Assembly (NCBI RefSeq): GCF_018350175.1
Contig: NC_058368.1
Location: forward strand, 62,560,001 to 62,624,000
Direction: 5' to 3'
Length of the DNA stretch: 64,000 bases
Source of the DNA: Felis catus
Taxonomy: Eukaryota
This document shows positions 38,599 to 53,540 of the stretch, piece after piece (the first letter of the stretch is position 1; each line of letters starts with the position of its first letter). The translations under genes and the position numbers were made by a program. Below the pieces are notes generated by a model. It was given only the letters and a program-made list of their open reading frames with translations, did no database searches and was not told the origin of the DNA.

Positions 38599-41194
38599 TG
38601 GGCATTATCTTGAACATAATTGTGGGTTCAGTTCCAGACCACCACAATAAAGCAAATATCACAATCAAGTGAGTCAAATGAATTTTTTGGCCTCCCAGTG
38701 CATATAAAAGTTATGTTTACACTATACTGTAGTATGTTAAGCATGCAATAGCATTATGTCTAAAAAAATAATGTGCACACCTTAATTAAAAATTCTTTAT
38801 TGCTAAAATATGCTAACCATCATCTGAGCTTTCAGACAATCATAATCTTTTTGCTAGCAGAAGCTCTTGCCTCATTGTTGATGGCTGCTGACTGAACAGG
38901 ATTGTAGTTGGGGTGACTGTGGTAATTTCTTGAAATTTTCCACATTGATTGTTGCTTTCATGAAAAAGTTCTGTGCAGCATGTGATGCTGTTTGATAGCA
39001 TTTTACCCTCAGTAGAACTACTTTCAAAATTGGAGTCAGTCTTCTCAAACCCTGCCACTGCTTTATCAATTACGTTTATGTACTATTCTAATTCTTTGTT
39101 GTCATTTCAACAATCTTCACAGCATCTTCACCAGGAGTAGTTCCATCTCAAGAAACCATTTTCTTTGCTTACCCATTAGCAACTCTTTATCCATTAGTTT
39201 TATCATGAGATTATAGCAACTCCCTCATATCTTCAGACTCTACATCCAACTCTAGTTCTCTTGCTAAGTCCACCACATCTGTGGTGACTTCCTCCACTGA
39301 AGTCTTTAAGTCATCCATGAGGGCTGGAATCAACTTCCAAACTCCTGTTAATATTGAAATTTGACCACTTCCCATGAATCATATATGTTCTTAATGACAT
39401 CTAGAATGGTGAATCCTATCCAGGAGGTTTTCAATAGACTTTTCCTAGATCCATCAGAGGAATCACTATCTATGGCAGTTATAGCCTTACAAAATGTATT
39501 TCTTAAGTAAAAAGACTGGAAAGTAAAAATTAAGCTTTCACCTATAAGCTGCAGAACAGATATTGTATTAGTGGACATAAAAACATTAATCTCATTGTAC
39601 ATCTCCATCAGAGCTTTTGGGTGACCAGATGCATTGTCAATAAACAGTAATATTTTGAAAGGAATTTTTGTTTTGAGCAGTAGATCTCCAGAGAAGGTTT
39701 AAAATATTCTATAAACTATGCTGTAAAGAGATGTTCTGTCATCCATCCAGGTTTTATTGTTCCATCTACAGAGCACAGGAAGGGTAGATTTAACATAATT
39801 TGTAAGGGCCCTAGGGTTTTTGGAATGATCAATAATCATTAGCTTCAACTTAAAGTCACCAGCTGCATAACTCCTTAATAAGAAAGTTATCTGGGGGCGC
39901 CTGGGTGGCGCAGTCGGTTAAGCGTCCGACTTCAGCCAGGTCACGATCTCGCGGTCCGTGGGTTCGAGCTCCGCATCGGGCTCTGGGCTGATGGCTCAGA
40001 GCCTGGAGCCTGCTTCCGATTCTGTGTCTCCCTCTCTCTCTGCCCCTTCCCCGTTCATGCTCTGTCTCAAAAATAAATAAACGTTAAAAAAAAAAAAGAA
40101 AAGAAAAAGAAAGTTATCCTGTCCTTTGAAGCTTTGAAGCCGGACATCAAGTTCTCTTTCCCAACTGTGAAAGCCCTAGATGACATAGTCTTCCAACAGA
40201 AGGCTGTTGTGTCTACATTGAAAATCTGTTGTTTAGTGTAGGCTCTTAAATTCTCTTAGCTAGATCTTCTGGATAACTTGCTGCAGCTTCTACATCAGCA
40301 CTTACTGCTTCACCTTGCACTTTCAAGCTACGGAGAGAGCTTCTTTCCTTAAAACTCATAAACCAACCTCGCTAGCTTTAAACTTTTCTGCTATAGCTTC
40401 ATCATTTCTCTCAGCCATAAGAGAATTGAAGAGAGTTAGGGCCTTGCTCTGTATTTAGCTTTGATTTAAGGGAATATATTATGGCTGGTTTGCTCTCAAC
40501 CCCATACCACTGAAACTTTCTCCGTATCAGCAATAATGCTGTTTCACTTACTAACCATTCATGTGTACAATGGAGTAGCACTTTTAATTTCCTTCAAGAA
40601 CTTTCCCTTTGCATTCACAATTTGGCTAAGTGGCACAATAGGCCAAGCTTTCAGCTTATCTCAGCTTTTGTTTGACATGGCTTCCTCATTAAATTTAATC
40701 ATTTCTAGCTTTTGATTTAAAGTGAGAGACATGTAACTCTTCCTTGCACTTGAATACTTAAGAGGCCATTGTAGTGTTATTAATTGGTCTTAATTTCAAT
40801 ATTGTTGTGTCTTAGGGAATAGGGAGGCCTGAGGAGAGACAGACATGTGGAAGAAGATTTATCAGGGGAACAGTCCAAACAGTCAATTTATTAAGTTTTC
40901 TGTGCTATAGGAGCACAGTTTGTGGTCCCCCCCCCAAATTACAATAGTAATATCAAAGATCACTGATCACAGATTACCATAACAAATATAATAATGATGA
41001 AAACATTTGAAATACTTCAAGAATCAAAAATGACACAAAGACATGAAATGAGCAAATTCTGTTAGAAAAACAGTGCTGATAGACTTGCTCTATCACAAGA
41101 CTATCTCAATCACAAGGTTGGCACAAACTTTCAATTTATAAGAAGCATAATATCTGAGAAGTGCAATAAAGTGCAATAAAATAATGTATACCTG
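38599..41194 (-). mobile_element. Near full-length Tigger1 (TcMar) DNA transposon with decayed transposase
   Basis: Both ends present (gggttcagttccagaccaccacaataaagc; gcaataaaataatgtatacctg). Transposase start region atcatttctagcttttgatttaaagtgagagac. ~2.37 kb once the SINE is removed. Confidence 0.93.
39893..40106 (+). mobile_element. Young SINEC_Fc-like SINE inside Tigger1
   Basis: CpGs intact; TSD aagaaagttatc at 39880 and 40107. Confidence 0.95.
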
Positions 41195-41261
41195 GTTTTC
41201 ATGTTAAAACATACATATTAAATATGATTACTTCATACATTTTCTGGTCAATAACATATTT

Positions 41262-41299
41262 CTTTTATTTTTTTATTTTTTTGTGTGTGTTTATTTATT

Positions 41300-41335
<36 letters not shown>

Positions 41336-41510
41336 ATACAGAGAGTGAGAAGGGGAGAGGCAGAGAGACAGGAAGACATAGAATCTGAAACTGGCTCCAG
41401 AGTCTGAGCTATCAGCACAGAGCCCAATGCAGGGCTTGAACTTATGAACCGTGAGATCATGACCTGAGCTGAAGTTGGACGCCCAACCGACTGAGCCACC
41501 CAGGTATCCC
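41262..41510 (-). mobile_element. Can-SINE
   Basis: GA tract; TSD approximately caata...tatttc. Confidence 0.9.
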
Positions 41511-43294
41511 AATATTGTATTTCAATGCTATGCACAATGCAATATCTTTGGATAAATTTTCATTCATAATTAATTTTTTCATAATTATGATAATTTATAA
41601 CATTATGTACATTTGAGATAATTTATGTGCAAATGTTATAGTTTTATCAGTTAGACACCTGAGCCCCAGAAGTTAATAACTATAAACCATAAAAAGAACA
41701 GCATCAAGATTTTCTTAAAACAAACAACAAAAATGATGTCAAGGTTAATTGCATTTTTTATTCAAAACAATAGGCTAAATTTTGGAAGTCTGTTAATAGG
41801 TAAGAAATCATAGAGAAGACGAATAAATGACAACACTTTGCTACAAATAAAGAGTAGATTTAATTTTGTTAATTTTGTTTTTAAATTTATGAAATCTTTC
41901 AGATTTCCGTATCTCTCTCCTTCCTTCCTCCATCTCTCTCTTACTCTCCTGACACATATACACGATTTTAAATATGCATATATAATGACATACATACATA
42001 CACACACATATGTATATATGTATATATACATATATATATGTAATATTCTTAAATTCAATGATTGTAAGGTTTTCTTCTGTGTCCCAAGACTTATACCCTA
42101 GAAGAAACCAATCTGAACTGTGAAAATCCTCATTTCCACTGGGAACTTTATTTTTAGATTTTCACTCTTCATCCATCTGCGTTTGAGCAATTTTCTGTGC
42201 TTCAAGCATGAGCAAGCAGTATTAATCCAATTTCTAGTTTCTGTGAAGCACATTATGTTAGATCATATGCACTTCAGTGCTTCTTCTTAGAAACTTTGTG
42301 TTTACTTAACTATTTCACTATCAACCTTTATAGATGAGAGTAGCAAAGAAATACAAAATCTAGGTTAAAATGTTATTAATTTTATTTTCCATCTAAAAAA
42401 GCGTCCAGTATTTCAAAACCAATGAAATAATATGATATAACAAAATACTGTCACACAGAGCAAAATTACACATTGCTACTTGAGCAAACATCAATAAACT
42501 ATGAAAAATAGTTTATTGTTGTTCTAATGGTCAGATACTTCATCTATGTTTGAGGAAGCATATGAAAACTTCTTCAGTATTAATAAGGCAAAATCATTTT
42601 ATATGAACTCATTATGATTTATATGAATTTATTTCCTCGGTTTCAAACTTATTTTGAGATGTTAGAAAATGCAATATACCCACCCAACATATAAACTTAC
42701 CATAGGAATTAGGTAATATGAATTTAAAAGTTATATTAACTTCTAAAAGTCAAATGAAAACGTGCAATTATAACCTTTATTATTTTCTAAGTATAGTCAC
42801 AGCCCTCCAAAACAGATTTAATATATATGATTCAAAGTTTTAAATAAATATTGAAAATTTGATTAAATATTAGATTCATGATAAATTTGAAATGAATGAG
42901 CCTTTCAATATTCCCCCAAATTCCTGGCCAATTCCAGAGATACCAACAAGGCTTATTGTATTATCTAAAGGGAGTACCATTTGAGCATATGGTGTCAATC
43001 TATCAATATATTTAGTAGCACAACAATTAAACAGTCCTAAGAATTTCATGTTAGAAAGGATTTAGAACATATGTTCTTCAACTGAAACCAGCTGTAAAAA
43101 ATTTAATTCAATTTCACACATTCTAGGTAAAAACTAGGAAAAAGGCACTGTCGTATAAGCTATGTTAGTCAAACCCCTCAAAATTCAAAAAAAAAAAAAT
43201 CACTGCGTGGTAATAAAAAGAAATTTTAAAAAATTAAAGCCTATACAGAAGGAAGAGAATAAAACAGAATGAAATGTTCTTCCCCACCCCCCCG

Positions 43295-43787
43295 CTTTAT
43301 TGAGATATAATTGACCAAAGAAATTGTATACATTTAGGTGTACAACTCATGTTTTGATATACATATACATTATGAAATGAACACCACAATGAAACTAACA
43401 TCTATCATCTCACAGTTATACTTGCTCCCTGTGGTGAAAGCACTTAAGATCTACCCTCTTAGCTAATGTGAGGTATACAATGCAGTATTAACTATAGCTC
43501 CTGTTCTATATATTAGATCTCCAAAGCATATTCATCTTGCATAACTAAAACACCATACCCTTTGACTGACCAACATTTCCCCATTTCTCCCTCTCCCAGA
43601 CCCTGGTAACCATCTTTCTAGTCTCTGCTTCTACAGATTTGACTATATTAGAGTCCATATATAAGTGAGATCATACAGTATTTGTCTTTCTGTATCTGAC
43701 TTATTTTACTTAGCATAATGTCCTCCAGGGTCAGGCATGTTGTTCCAATGGCAAAATTTCTTTCATTATTAAGATTGAATAATACTC

Positions 43788-43851
<64 letters not shown>

Positions 43852-45375
43852 ATACCACATTTTCTTTATAAAATCATCAGTCAACAAACATTTAGGTTGT
43901 GTCCACATCTTGGCTATTGTGAATAATACTGCAGTGAACATGGGAGTGCAGATATCTGAGATACTGATTTCATTTCCTTTGTATATAAACCAAAAACTAA
44001 ATATATCCAATCATGTGGTACTTCTATTTAACATTTTTGAGGAATTTCTGCACTGTTTTCCATAACAACTATACACACTCTTACCAATTGTGTACAAGGA
44101 TTCCCTTTTCTCCACATCCTTACCAACACTTGTTATCACTTGTCATTTTGATAACAGCTATTCTAATAGGTGTGCAACAATATATCATTATTGTTTTGAT
44201 TTTCATTTTCCCGGTGATTAGTAATGTTGGGCACCTTTTCATATACTGTTGGCCATCTGTGTGTCTTCTTTTGAGAAGGGTCTATTTAGGTCCGTTGCCC
44301 TTTTTTTTTTTTAAATTGGGTTAGTTGTTCTGTTTATTTGTTTTGCTTTGTTTTGTTTTTGCTATTGAGTTGTGTAAGTTCTTTATATATTTTGGATATA
44401 ATGCCCTTATCAAATGTATAGTTTACAAATATTTTCTCCCATTCCATAAGTTGCCTTTTCACTCTGTTGATTTTTTTCTTTGCTGTGAAAAAGCTTTTTA
44501 GTTTGATAAGGTCCCATTTATTTATTTTTGTTTCTGTTGCCTGTGGTTTTGGGGGGTCAAAACCAATGTCAAAAAGCTCCTCGCTGTGTTATGATTTCAG
44601 GTCTTGCATTAAAGTCTTTAATCCATTTTGAATTGATGTCTTTTATATGATGTTAAATAAGGATCCAATTTCATTTTTCTGCATGTGAATATTCAATTTT
44701 CCCAACACCCCTAGTTGAAGGGATTGTCCCTTCCCCACTGTGTGTTCTTGACACACTTCTTGAAGACCTATTGAAAGTAAATGCACAGATTTATTTCTGG
44801 GTTCTCCATTCTGTTTCACTGGTCTATATGTCTGTTCTCTTTTGTCAGCACAGTAATGTTTCTATTACTTGGCTTTGTAATACATTTTGGAATCAGGAAG
44901 CTGATGCCTCCCTCTTTGTTTATCTTGCTCAAGATTGCTTTGACTATCTGAGCAGTTTGTGGTTCCATGTGAATTTTTGGATTGTTTTTTCTATTTCCAT
45001 AGAGAATGACATTGAAATTTTGATAGAGTTTTCACTGAATCTATAGATAGCTTTAAATGGTATAGATGTTGTAACAATATCAATTCTTTCAACTCATGAA
45101 CTTGGGGTGTCTTCCATTTACCTGTCTTTTTAATTCTTTTATCAATGTCTTATTATTTTCAGTTACAACTATTTTACATCTTCTGTTAATTCTAAGTATC
45201 TTATTATTTTTGCTGCTATTGTGAACACAATTGTTTTTTTATTTGCCTTTTCAGATTGTTCAGTTTATATACAGAAATGCCAAGTTTTTGTATGTTGATT
45301 TTATATCCTGCAACTTTACTGAATTCTTATCAGTTCTAACAATTTTTATTGTTGTTGAGTCTTTAGGACTTTCTG
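43295..45375 (-). mobile_element. L1MA-type 5'-truncated element with (TA)n at 43793-43846
   Basis: ctttattgagatataattgac 3' end; ORF 43792-44010 gives CTPMFTAVLFTIAKMWTQPKC. Confidence 0.9.
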
Positions 45376-46139
45376 AAAATGCTCTTTGGTAGTTAGAAAC
45401 TACTTGCTTTGTCTTCACAGCAACCTTATTCTGCTATGCATTATCCATTCAAAGTATACTGTGAATTAAGGTGATTAATCATTTTTGATGTCTTAGATCA
45501 ATAAGTGTCTGTACTTGACATAAAAGAATAGGTGTTTAATAGATCTTTGCAGTATGAAATAATTAAGGCCAGAGCTTAGCTCAGGTGCTGATCTTTTCCC
45601 TTAAATTGCAGGCCTCTTCCCTGCAGATCACTACTGCTCAGTAGAAATGTAAAAATATTACCTGGGAGGGAGTACTTTGATCTATTACCAGCTATTATCA
45701 TTCATTTTAACCCTGTGGTGTATTAACAAAACAGGTAGGTTAAAATAATTTCTACAGAAAACTACTGTTAAAGTAGAAGAATGAAGAAAGAAGGAATGGA
45801 GAAGGACAAAATAGATAGAGTGACCTTGATAACCAAGGATAGAGTATGGACTAGAGATGCAAAACTCAGGGCATTAAAACAAACACATTCACAAGCATAC
45901 AAAAAGAAAAATGCTACCAGAAACAAGGACACAATTAGGATTGGTGACATTCCTGGAAGGGAATAAAATGTGTCCCACATGGCTAATATGAAGACATTGC
46001 TGAGGACTTGTAGGCAGGATTAATGGAGCACATACAATTTAGTAAGGCATCCAGACACTAGTCATGTTAGCGAGCTGTTACTATCTGAACACTTGAAGGA
46101 AAAAAAGACAGAAATATTTTTAATTTCTCAGTGAAACTT

Positions 46140-46407
46140 GAATTAGTGAGGAAGGACTATCCAGCCCCTCGTTGTGCAGAGAAGTAGCTGTGGACACAAT
46201 GCATCTGCAAAGCAGATAAGAATAGATACTCTCTCTTTACTCCTGCCCTCTAATCTCATGCTGTTGCTTTCCATTTTTAAACCTAATCAGAACGCAGCCA
46301 GCATGGGATTCCTGGTGATACTTTCTACAGGGGTTGATCCCTGATGCTCAAGTGGGCAAGGAAACAAAACATGGAGGGGGTGGGCAAGTAAAAAAGAACC
46401 ACCACAT
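46140..46407. mobile_element. Ancient ERVL-type LTR fragment
   Basis: cctgccctctaatctc..ttccatt..aaacctaatcagaacgcagc..; ends aaccaccaca. Confidence 0.4.
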
Positions 46408-47754
46408 AATTTATCCACTGCTCACATTCTGGAGAAAAAGACTAGTTTGCTTTTACATTTTTATGAATTCACTTAAGTAACTACAAGTGGTCTAGAACGC
46501 CCATTTCCAGTTTGGCAAATCACTAGCACTCCGTGCCAAATGTCTAGTCTCTGGAAGACAGAATCACAGCATCAATGACAGTGTTGGCTTAAAACCAAAA
46601 GACAGTGTAATTTGGGGAATTTATACTGCCATACTTTCCTCAACTCATTCGTATTTCATTTCATCTTTTAGTTCTTATTTCATTTAAACTGACCATGTTT
46701 AGGTCCTACTTAACTTAGTAACTTAGCAGTAAATACATTTTATTTTGTAAAACCTTTACCTATAGATGGAAATTTTAAAGGAACTAAATACATTTTTCCA
46801 TCTGGGAAATTTACATATAACTTGAATTTTTAAAAGTTTGAGTAGCACCTAAAAGGGAAAGACCAGCTGAACTCAGGAACAGATATTTTATGTTCTTGGT
46901 TACGTAGTGGTACTATGTCAAAATGTTTATATGTTTGTTTGTTTGTTTGTTTGTTTGTTTGTTTGTTTTTATCCCCAAGCTCATAAAGACCTTTACATAT
47001 AGAAATGATAAAATCTGTCTTGAGAAGCCAAGAGTGAAAGAAGCCAAGGAGTGACTCCTTTCCAGCTTCTGCCCTACTGCAAATACATTTTATTTGGTAT
47101 TGTTATTTAAGAAGCTTTTAATTTGAATTTTTTCTTGAGTCTCACCTTTCAGCAATATCTGGCATTAATAACACAGTCATCAAAAATGTATATTAATTCT
47201 GTTTTCAGATTTTAAAGTTAAATTAATAGTAGCATGGAAAGAGCATTATATGTGACAATAGGACATATGTGAGCTCAAATCCCAACCAGCCCTCTCTTTC
47301 AACTCTCACCCCACACTCACAAATAAACACGTCCACATACTTCTATTCTTCCATTCCAACTTTGGATTTGTGCAATGATAACAATACTAGGCACTGAACA
47401 ACCTCATCTCCCTTCTGAGATTAAAGCAACTATTGCTAATCCTGAGGATTCTTTCTTATTGACTAGAGATACAGCCAAAGGGTTCTTTTCATCATTCCTC
47501 CACAGCCAGAATAAATTGACAGGTAGTTGCAAGAAAGTTGAAACTTATTTGTCTTCCCTGAGCTAATTACTCATCATTTTCAAATTGTGGAGTCTTCAGT
47601 GGTAAATTGAGATTAACATATGTATATCTCAGATCATTTATTTATATTTCATATGATATATATGTAAAGTGACATTTCACAGGCACTTAATAAATATTAA
47701 CTTGGGTCCTACTTTCTCCCTCTACCATCATCAACACTATCAAAAATACCTACT

Positions 47755-48246
47755 GTTTACAATTCAATAGCAAAAACAAAAAGCCCAAACCATCGGATTA
47801 AAAAATGGGAAAATAGACATTTTTCTACAGACATACATAGGACAAATAAGTACATGAAAAGATGCTCTACATCACTAATCATCAAGGAAATGCAAATAAT
47901 AACCATAATGAGATATCACCCCACAGCTGTTAGAATGGCTATTATCAAAAAGACTAGAAATAGTAAGTGTTGCTAAGAATATGAAGAAAAAAGAAACCTT
48001 GTGCATTGTTGGTGGAAATATAAATTGGTGCATCCGTTATGAAAAACAGTATGGATGTTCCTCAAAAATTTTAAAATTAAAACTACCATATGACCCAGCC
48101 ATTCCATTTTTCGGTATTTATCTAAAGAAAACAAACTGCTGACTCAAAAAGACATGTACACCATGTTCACTGCAGCATTATTTACAGTAGTCAAGATATG
48201 AAAACAACATGAGTGTCCACTGATGGATGAATTAGATAAAGATGTG

Positions 48247-48291
<45 letters not shown>

Positions 48292-48582
48292 ATGGAATAT
48301 TATTCAGCCATAAAAATAGAATGAAATTGTGTCATTTCTGACAATATGGATGTACCTCGAGGGCACTATGCTAAGTGAAGTAAGTCAAAGAAAAACATAT
48401 ATTCTGATGACCTCTCTTATAAGTGCAATCTGTAAATAGTAAGTAAATAAATAAATAAATGGCCTTGGCCATAGACACAGAGAACAGAGTAGTAGTTTCC
48501 AGAGGTAGAGGGTGAGGGGTAGGAGACATGAGTGAACTCTTTTTGGTTTTGTTTTAGTACAATAAATTGAATAAAAAAAAAG
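47755..48582 (+). mobile_element. L1 3' end with (CA)n at 48249-48290
   Basis: catgaaaagatgctctacatcactaatcatcaaggaaatgcaaat; ctaccatatgacccagc; aataaa plus A tail. Confidence 0.9.
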
Positions 48583-51551
48583 CAACTTATACTATTTCAT
48601 TATCTATTAACTTATACTATTTAATTATATTTTCATATAATTTTTATATATTTAATATTAATATAGTCCATACAATCTACTTTCACATTTCTTTCATTTT
48701 ACATAATAAATTTATATAGGTTAATATAAAACTTAGTGAATGACTAATTTACTGCATATATGTGTATGTTTAGCTCAATTCAATTCTAAAATGTTTATTG
48801 AGTAGTAAACATATAAACAATATCAGACGTCCCTGGAAGAGACAATGAAGTTAAAAGAGGATATAAAGCAAAATACTTCCATTCCAAGAGTTCAAAAATT
48901 GAAAGAGAAAAGAGACAAATACCTAAATCAATAGTTTATCATCTTTATTGATGTCCCCATTGTTTTTTACACTGGTTTTAGCAAAGTTTTCTTCCTCTAC
49001 AGTCAATCTGTAGAGATCTCATCTCGGATTAAATGTCACTACTCTCATCACATTCAGGCTAGAATAACACATGGGCCTTAATGGAATACTGAGAAATTGC
49101 CTATTTATCAGAGTTCCTTCATGCAACCCTGGAGTGGCCTTGAGCACTTTACTGTACCCTCCAGTTTTTCCAAAGGTCAGATGGCATCACAGACGTTCTG
49201 TCCCTCCAATTCTCCAATTGTAATATATTGAACATCTCTGTGTGTGTGTGTCTCTCTCATGTGCACCTGTATACATGCATAGTCTTCTCAAATAGTGCCA
49301 AATCTAAACAGAAAATATAAACAATTTTCCACTTGCCTCAACTCACAAGTTCACATAACTGTAATGGAGTTAGCATGGTCTCATTACTAGGCAGTACAGT
49401 GATGCTTCCCTTCCTTCATCCTCCCACCCTCCCTTTTTAAATGTGCTATTTCAGGTCTACCTGGAATAACAAATGAGCTAATGCTGACCCATATATCTCT
49501 TACAGCCTGCTACCTTAGCTACACTAAGACCAGGTGGAGGCTTTGAAATTACTTCTTATAAGTACTTGATTAAATTCTTAGCCAAGGGCCATTTTTCTCC
49601 CAAATCTCTCTATGGGGAAGAAATAGTAATTTTCTCCTTCCAGTTATAAGAGCTTTTCAAGAAGGAACAAGTGGTCTGTGATTTTGATTGCCGTGGAGAG
49701 GTCTTGTTGAGTAAGGACTTAGAAGAGACCATTGAATTTGTTAATTAGTAGGTCGTTGGTGAATTGAGCTCTCAAAGACAGTAGTTTCAGCAAATTGGCA
49801 GGAGGAAGAATAACAAAGAGTTATTGTAAATTGAGATGGAAAAAGGTAGTGGAGCAACAGTACTATTTTAAGAATTCGGACAGTGAATAAATTGAAAGAG
49901 AATGGAGATTGGGAAAATACTGATTTCAAAAGATAACATTATAAGTTTCATATTTAAGAATGTTTAGTATTCATAACTGATGAGACATTGTACTATTTTT
50001 AAAGCCTGAACTTCTAGAAAAATATTATAAACAAGAAATTTGTATAGAAACCAACTTCTCTTTGGGGATGGTTAGATAACCAACATATTTTTTTTGGAAA
50101 GTGTGTACAAAGAATTTTGAATGTTGGCCTGATTTTTTTCTTAGGATTTGTTCACATTTCAAAACCATAACCAAACTTTTAGAATTGTCTGGGATGTCCC
50201 TTTACTCATAGTGTTTGAAGAAGTACTCCTTTAGTCTCTGTGAGTGTACTGGGGCAGCCCTGTAGAAGGGATAGAAAAATTGGAACTTTGCATCATTCTG
50301 GCAATGTCCCAATAGCCTGAGAGCTAAGGTTGTTAAAAGAGCACTCCAAATTTCCTAGAACGGGGAATCTATATTCATCTTATCTCTATTCTTGCTCCAC
50401 TTCACATAACAAGAATTCCTTGTGGACAGACATGGAAACAAACTGGCAACTCAGGAGAGTTTCCTTTTCTCACATCAAGGATGCCACATGAACTGGACAG
50501 CAGGCATCCTGTCTCATCTCTTCAATGGTTTTGCACTAGACTTGAACCACTCCAAAACCTAATTCATTGCTGAGGCCCTAAATCAATTATTCCTGCCTCT
50601 AAACAGGGCTGGTATGGAAAACCCAGCCATTGATCACTAGGGAGTGTAGGCTCCAGGGTCAGTTCCCTCAGTCCCAGTCCTGCTCTGTTGCTTGCTAGGA
50701 AGCTACAGTCAAATCACCAAACTTACAGAATTTTAAGTCTCCTCATCTATGACATGGAAGTAATAGTGGTATCTTAGCCCATGGTTCTTCTGAATAATAA
50801 ATAAGATCATATAAGTGATACTCTTATATGATAAACACTTAATAAATTAAAAGCTATTAATATTATCTGTCCATGTATTTCACTATTTTCTATCTTCTAT
50901 CTACATATATATTTTCCTAATGTTCAGCAAAATGTAGTTTATACTTGATCACTGATCAATTGTGAGTTCAATGATTGCTTAGATTACATGAAAAACAAGT
51001 CCAAAAGTCTTTGGGCTAATCTACAGAAAAATTAGCCTGGCCACGATTAGTATTAACCAGTGAACACTGGAAAAACATACCTGTGCATGTAAAGTGCTAC
51101 ACATCATATTTATCATTCTAGTTCTATTTCTCTGAACAAAAAGTATACAAGGTGAAACAATGATAAGAAACCAACAATACTATAGACTAAAAAATAAGAC
51201 AATTTTTTTTTCAAAACAAGATTATATGGATAGAATATTTTTTATTATTACACTCCATAAAATGTCTGGAATTGCTTCTTAAGTAAAGGGTTGCATCATC
51301 AAAGATGACTGAAAAGCGGAGCTGTGCTCTTCCCACCTTTGGAAAGCACATCAGATTAAGTAATCTAAAAAAAATCTCTAAAAGGAACCTGTTCAATTTT
51401 ATCTAAAATTTCTCCCCAAATACTTAAATCTCACAAATACTAATGTTTTGGACACTATACCCCATAAAATGCTGATGGAGTTTGAAATCACATTTTCTTA
51501 TTCCATCTCTGACCAAACAGGCTGATCAATTTCTAAATGTACAAAACTTAC

Positions 51552-51595
51552 ACTCCTGCTGAAGTTCGGAAGGATGAAGTAAGGACTTGACTGTG
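51552..51595 (-). other. Candidate 44-nt exon
   Basis: Long polypyrimidine acceptor ttttgttctctatgttcttttgttcattatctttgctag and donor GT|gtaagt. All three frames are open. Confidence 0.5.
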
Positions 51596-52423
51596 CTAGC
51601 AAAGATAATGAACAAAAGAACATAGAGAACAAAATCAGTCAAACTCTGCTTTGTGCAAGTCAGTGGTCAGACCTATGGGGAAAAGCCAACTTGTTAGGAA
51701 GTCTAGTTTTTCATGGTTTTGTTTTACTTTTTTTTTCTTTTTTTTTTTTATAAAACACATTCTGCCTCAAAAAATATTTCATTTTCTGTAAAATGTGTTT
51801 ATACTTTTCACTTTTTCCACAATCTTTAAGAGAGATGGGTTAGGAGGCAACAAAGCCATCAGCTAGCTCTTAAAGCTCTGAGTCCACAAACTTGGTGACA
51901 CTCACCATCAGAGATGTCTCTATGCTGTATTATTACACTATAATTTGATACTACTTTGTTGAAAAAGAAAAATAAATCATTTGACTGTACTGTTTAGAAA
52001 ACAGTATTTCAAGATAAAATCTCCTTTGATGTCTTATATTCTGTAGTGATTGAAACATTCACTAGACCCACTTTAAGCAAAAAGTTGTTGGTCATGGTCT
52101 GGCACTAATCACAACCTTGAACTCCATATATGTTCTTTCAGCATTATGGTTTTTGAGATTGAAAGAAATTTTGAAACTTCAAAAAATGTAGGTTAACTTT
52201 TATTTCCCTACTACTATATCATCCTGTAAAGGAGACTTTTATCCTCCAACAGAAGGTAAATATAGATAGTTCTCTTTTTAAAAAGTAAGAGAAATTGGTT
52301 TATTTGCACCATTATATTATTCACTTTTATTGATTTGTGGTAGTGTTAGCAACCTGAGTTTCAAAAACAAAAGGTATAAGTTTCCTATCTACTGAAATCT
52401 TACAGATTACTAAAAGAAACAGA

Positions 52424-52667
52424 CTTTTTTTCTAATTTTTTTAATGTTTATTTATTTTTGAGAGACAGAGAGCACGAGCAGGTGAGGGGCAGAGAAAGGG
52501 AAATACAGAACCTGAAGTAGGCTCCAGGCTCTAAGCTGTCAGCACAGAGCCTGACTCAGGGCTCTAACCCACAACTGCACAGAGCCTGATTCAGGACTCT
52601 AACCCACAACTGCAAGACCATGACCTGAGTCAAAGTTGGACACTTAACCGAGTCACCCAGGAGCCCC
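52424..52667 (-). mobile_element. Can-SINE with an internal 35-bp tandem duplication
   Basis: Units at 52542-52576 and 52577-52611. Confidence 0.9.
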
Positions 52668-53540
52668 AATTAATTTTGATTTTAATCAAAATTAATTCCA
52701 GTGAAGCATGTGAAGTACCATAGTAGCAAAATGTGCCAAATGCCAAATATTGTGGTAGCACAAAGGTTGAAATTAGCCATCCCCCTTAGTGTGGAAGGGG
52801 GTAAAGAGTGGAGTAGACTGGGGTTGACGTAAGACAAGCTTCACAGAGTAGATCGCTGAGATGGGCTTAATGGATCAATAGGATTTCTAATTATGTAAGA
52901 TTTGAAAGGCAGAAAATGACAGAATCATGTGTATCATACAGAAATTTCACAGTTGTTACCATATAAATGCTAGGTACTGTAACATAAACAATATTAAGTC
53001 TATAAATTAAAAATAACTTATAAATGAACTAGACCTAGTATGATACATAGATTTAAATCTTGAGAGTCTAGGTAGTTTGTTGAAACATAAACTCAATGAG
53101 TACACAGAATCATTAATAGGTCTAGAATACTGAAGAAATAACTATTTTGATGAAAACATAAGTTTTGATAATGCTATATTTGAGGTGTCTGTGTGTATGC
53201 ACATGGACTATCTAATGGAGGAATTAGATACATTGATTTAAATCTCAAAAGAGAGGTGTGGGTTGTAGGGAAAAATTTGGAAGAGATCATCTAATTTTTC
53301 ATGAATAATTTTATATCCATAATAAGGAACATACCTTAATAGTTTTTAGGAAAATATCTTTTGAACAGACAGGGTAACTCTTTGGAGTTGGTAGTCTACT
53401 AGGTGTAGGAAAAAAATTATTTTCTGTGTGCTCTGTACAGCACAATCTTCAAGGTTGTTCAATGTTACTCTTTCCTTTCATTGGAACTATTTTACAACTC
53501 CATAACTTGTAAGTATCTGATAGCAGTGAAAAATAATTAC

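Noticed and set aside
38840..39608. Domesticated transposase gene
   Set aside because: Only short ORF fragments of Tigger1 with many stops and frameshifts.
39893..39970. tRNA gene
   Set aside because: tRNA-derived SINE head followed by a CT tract, A tail and TSD.
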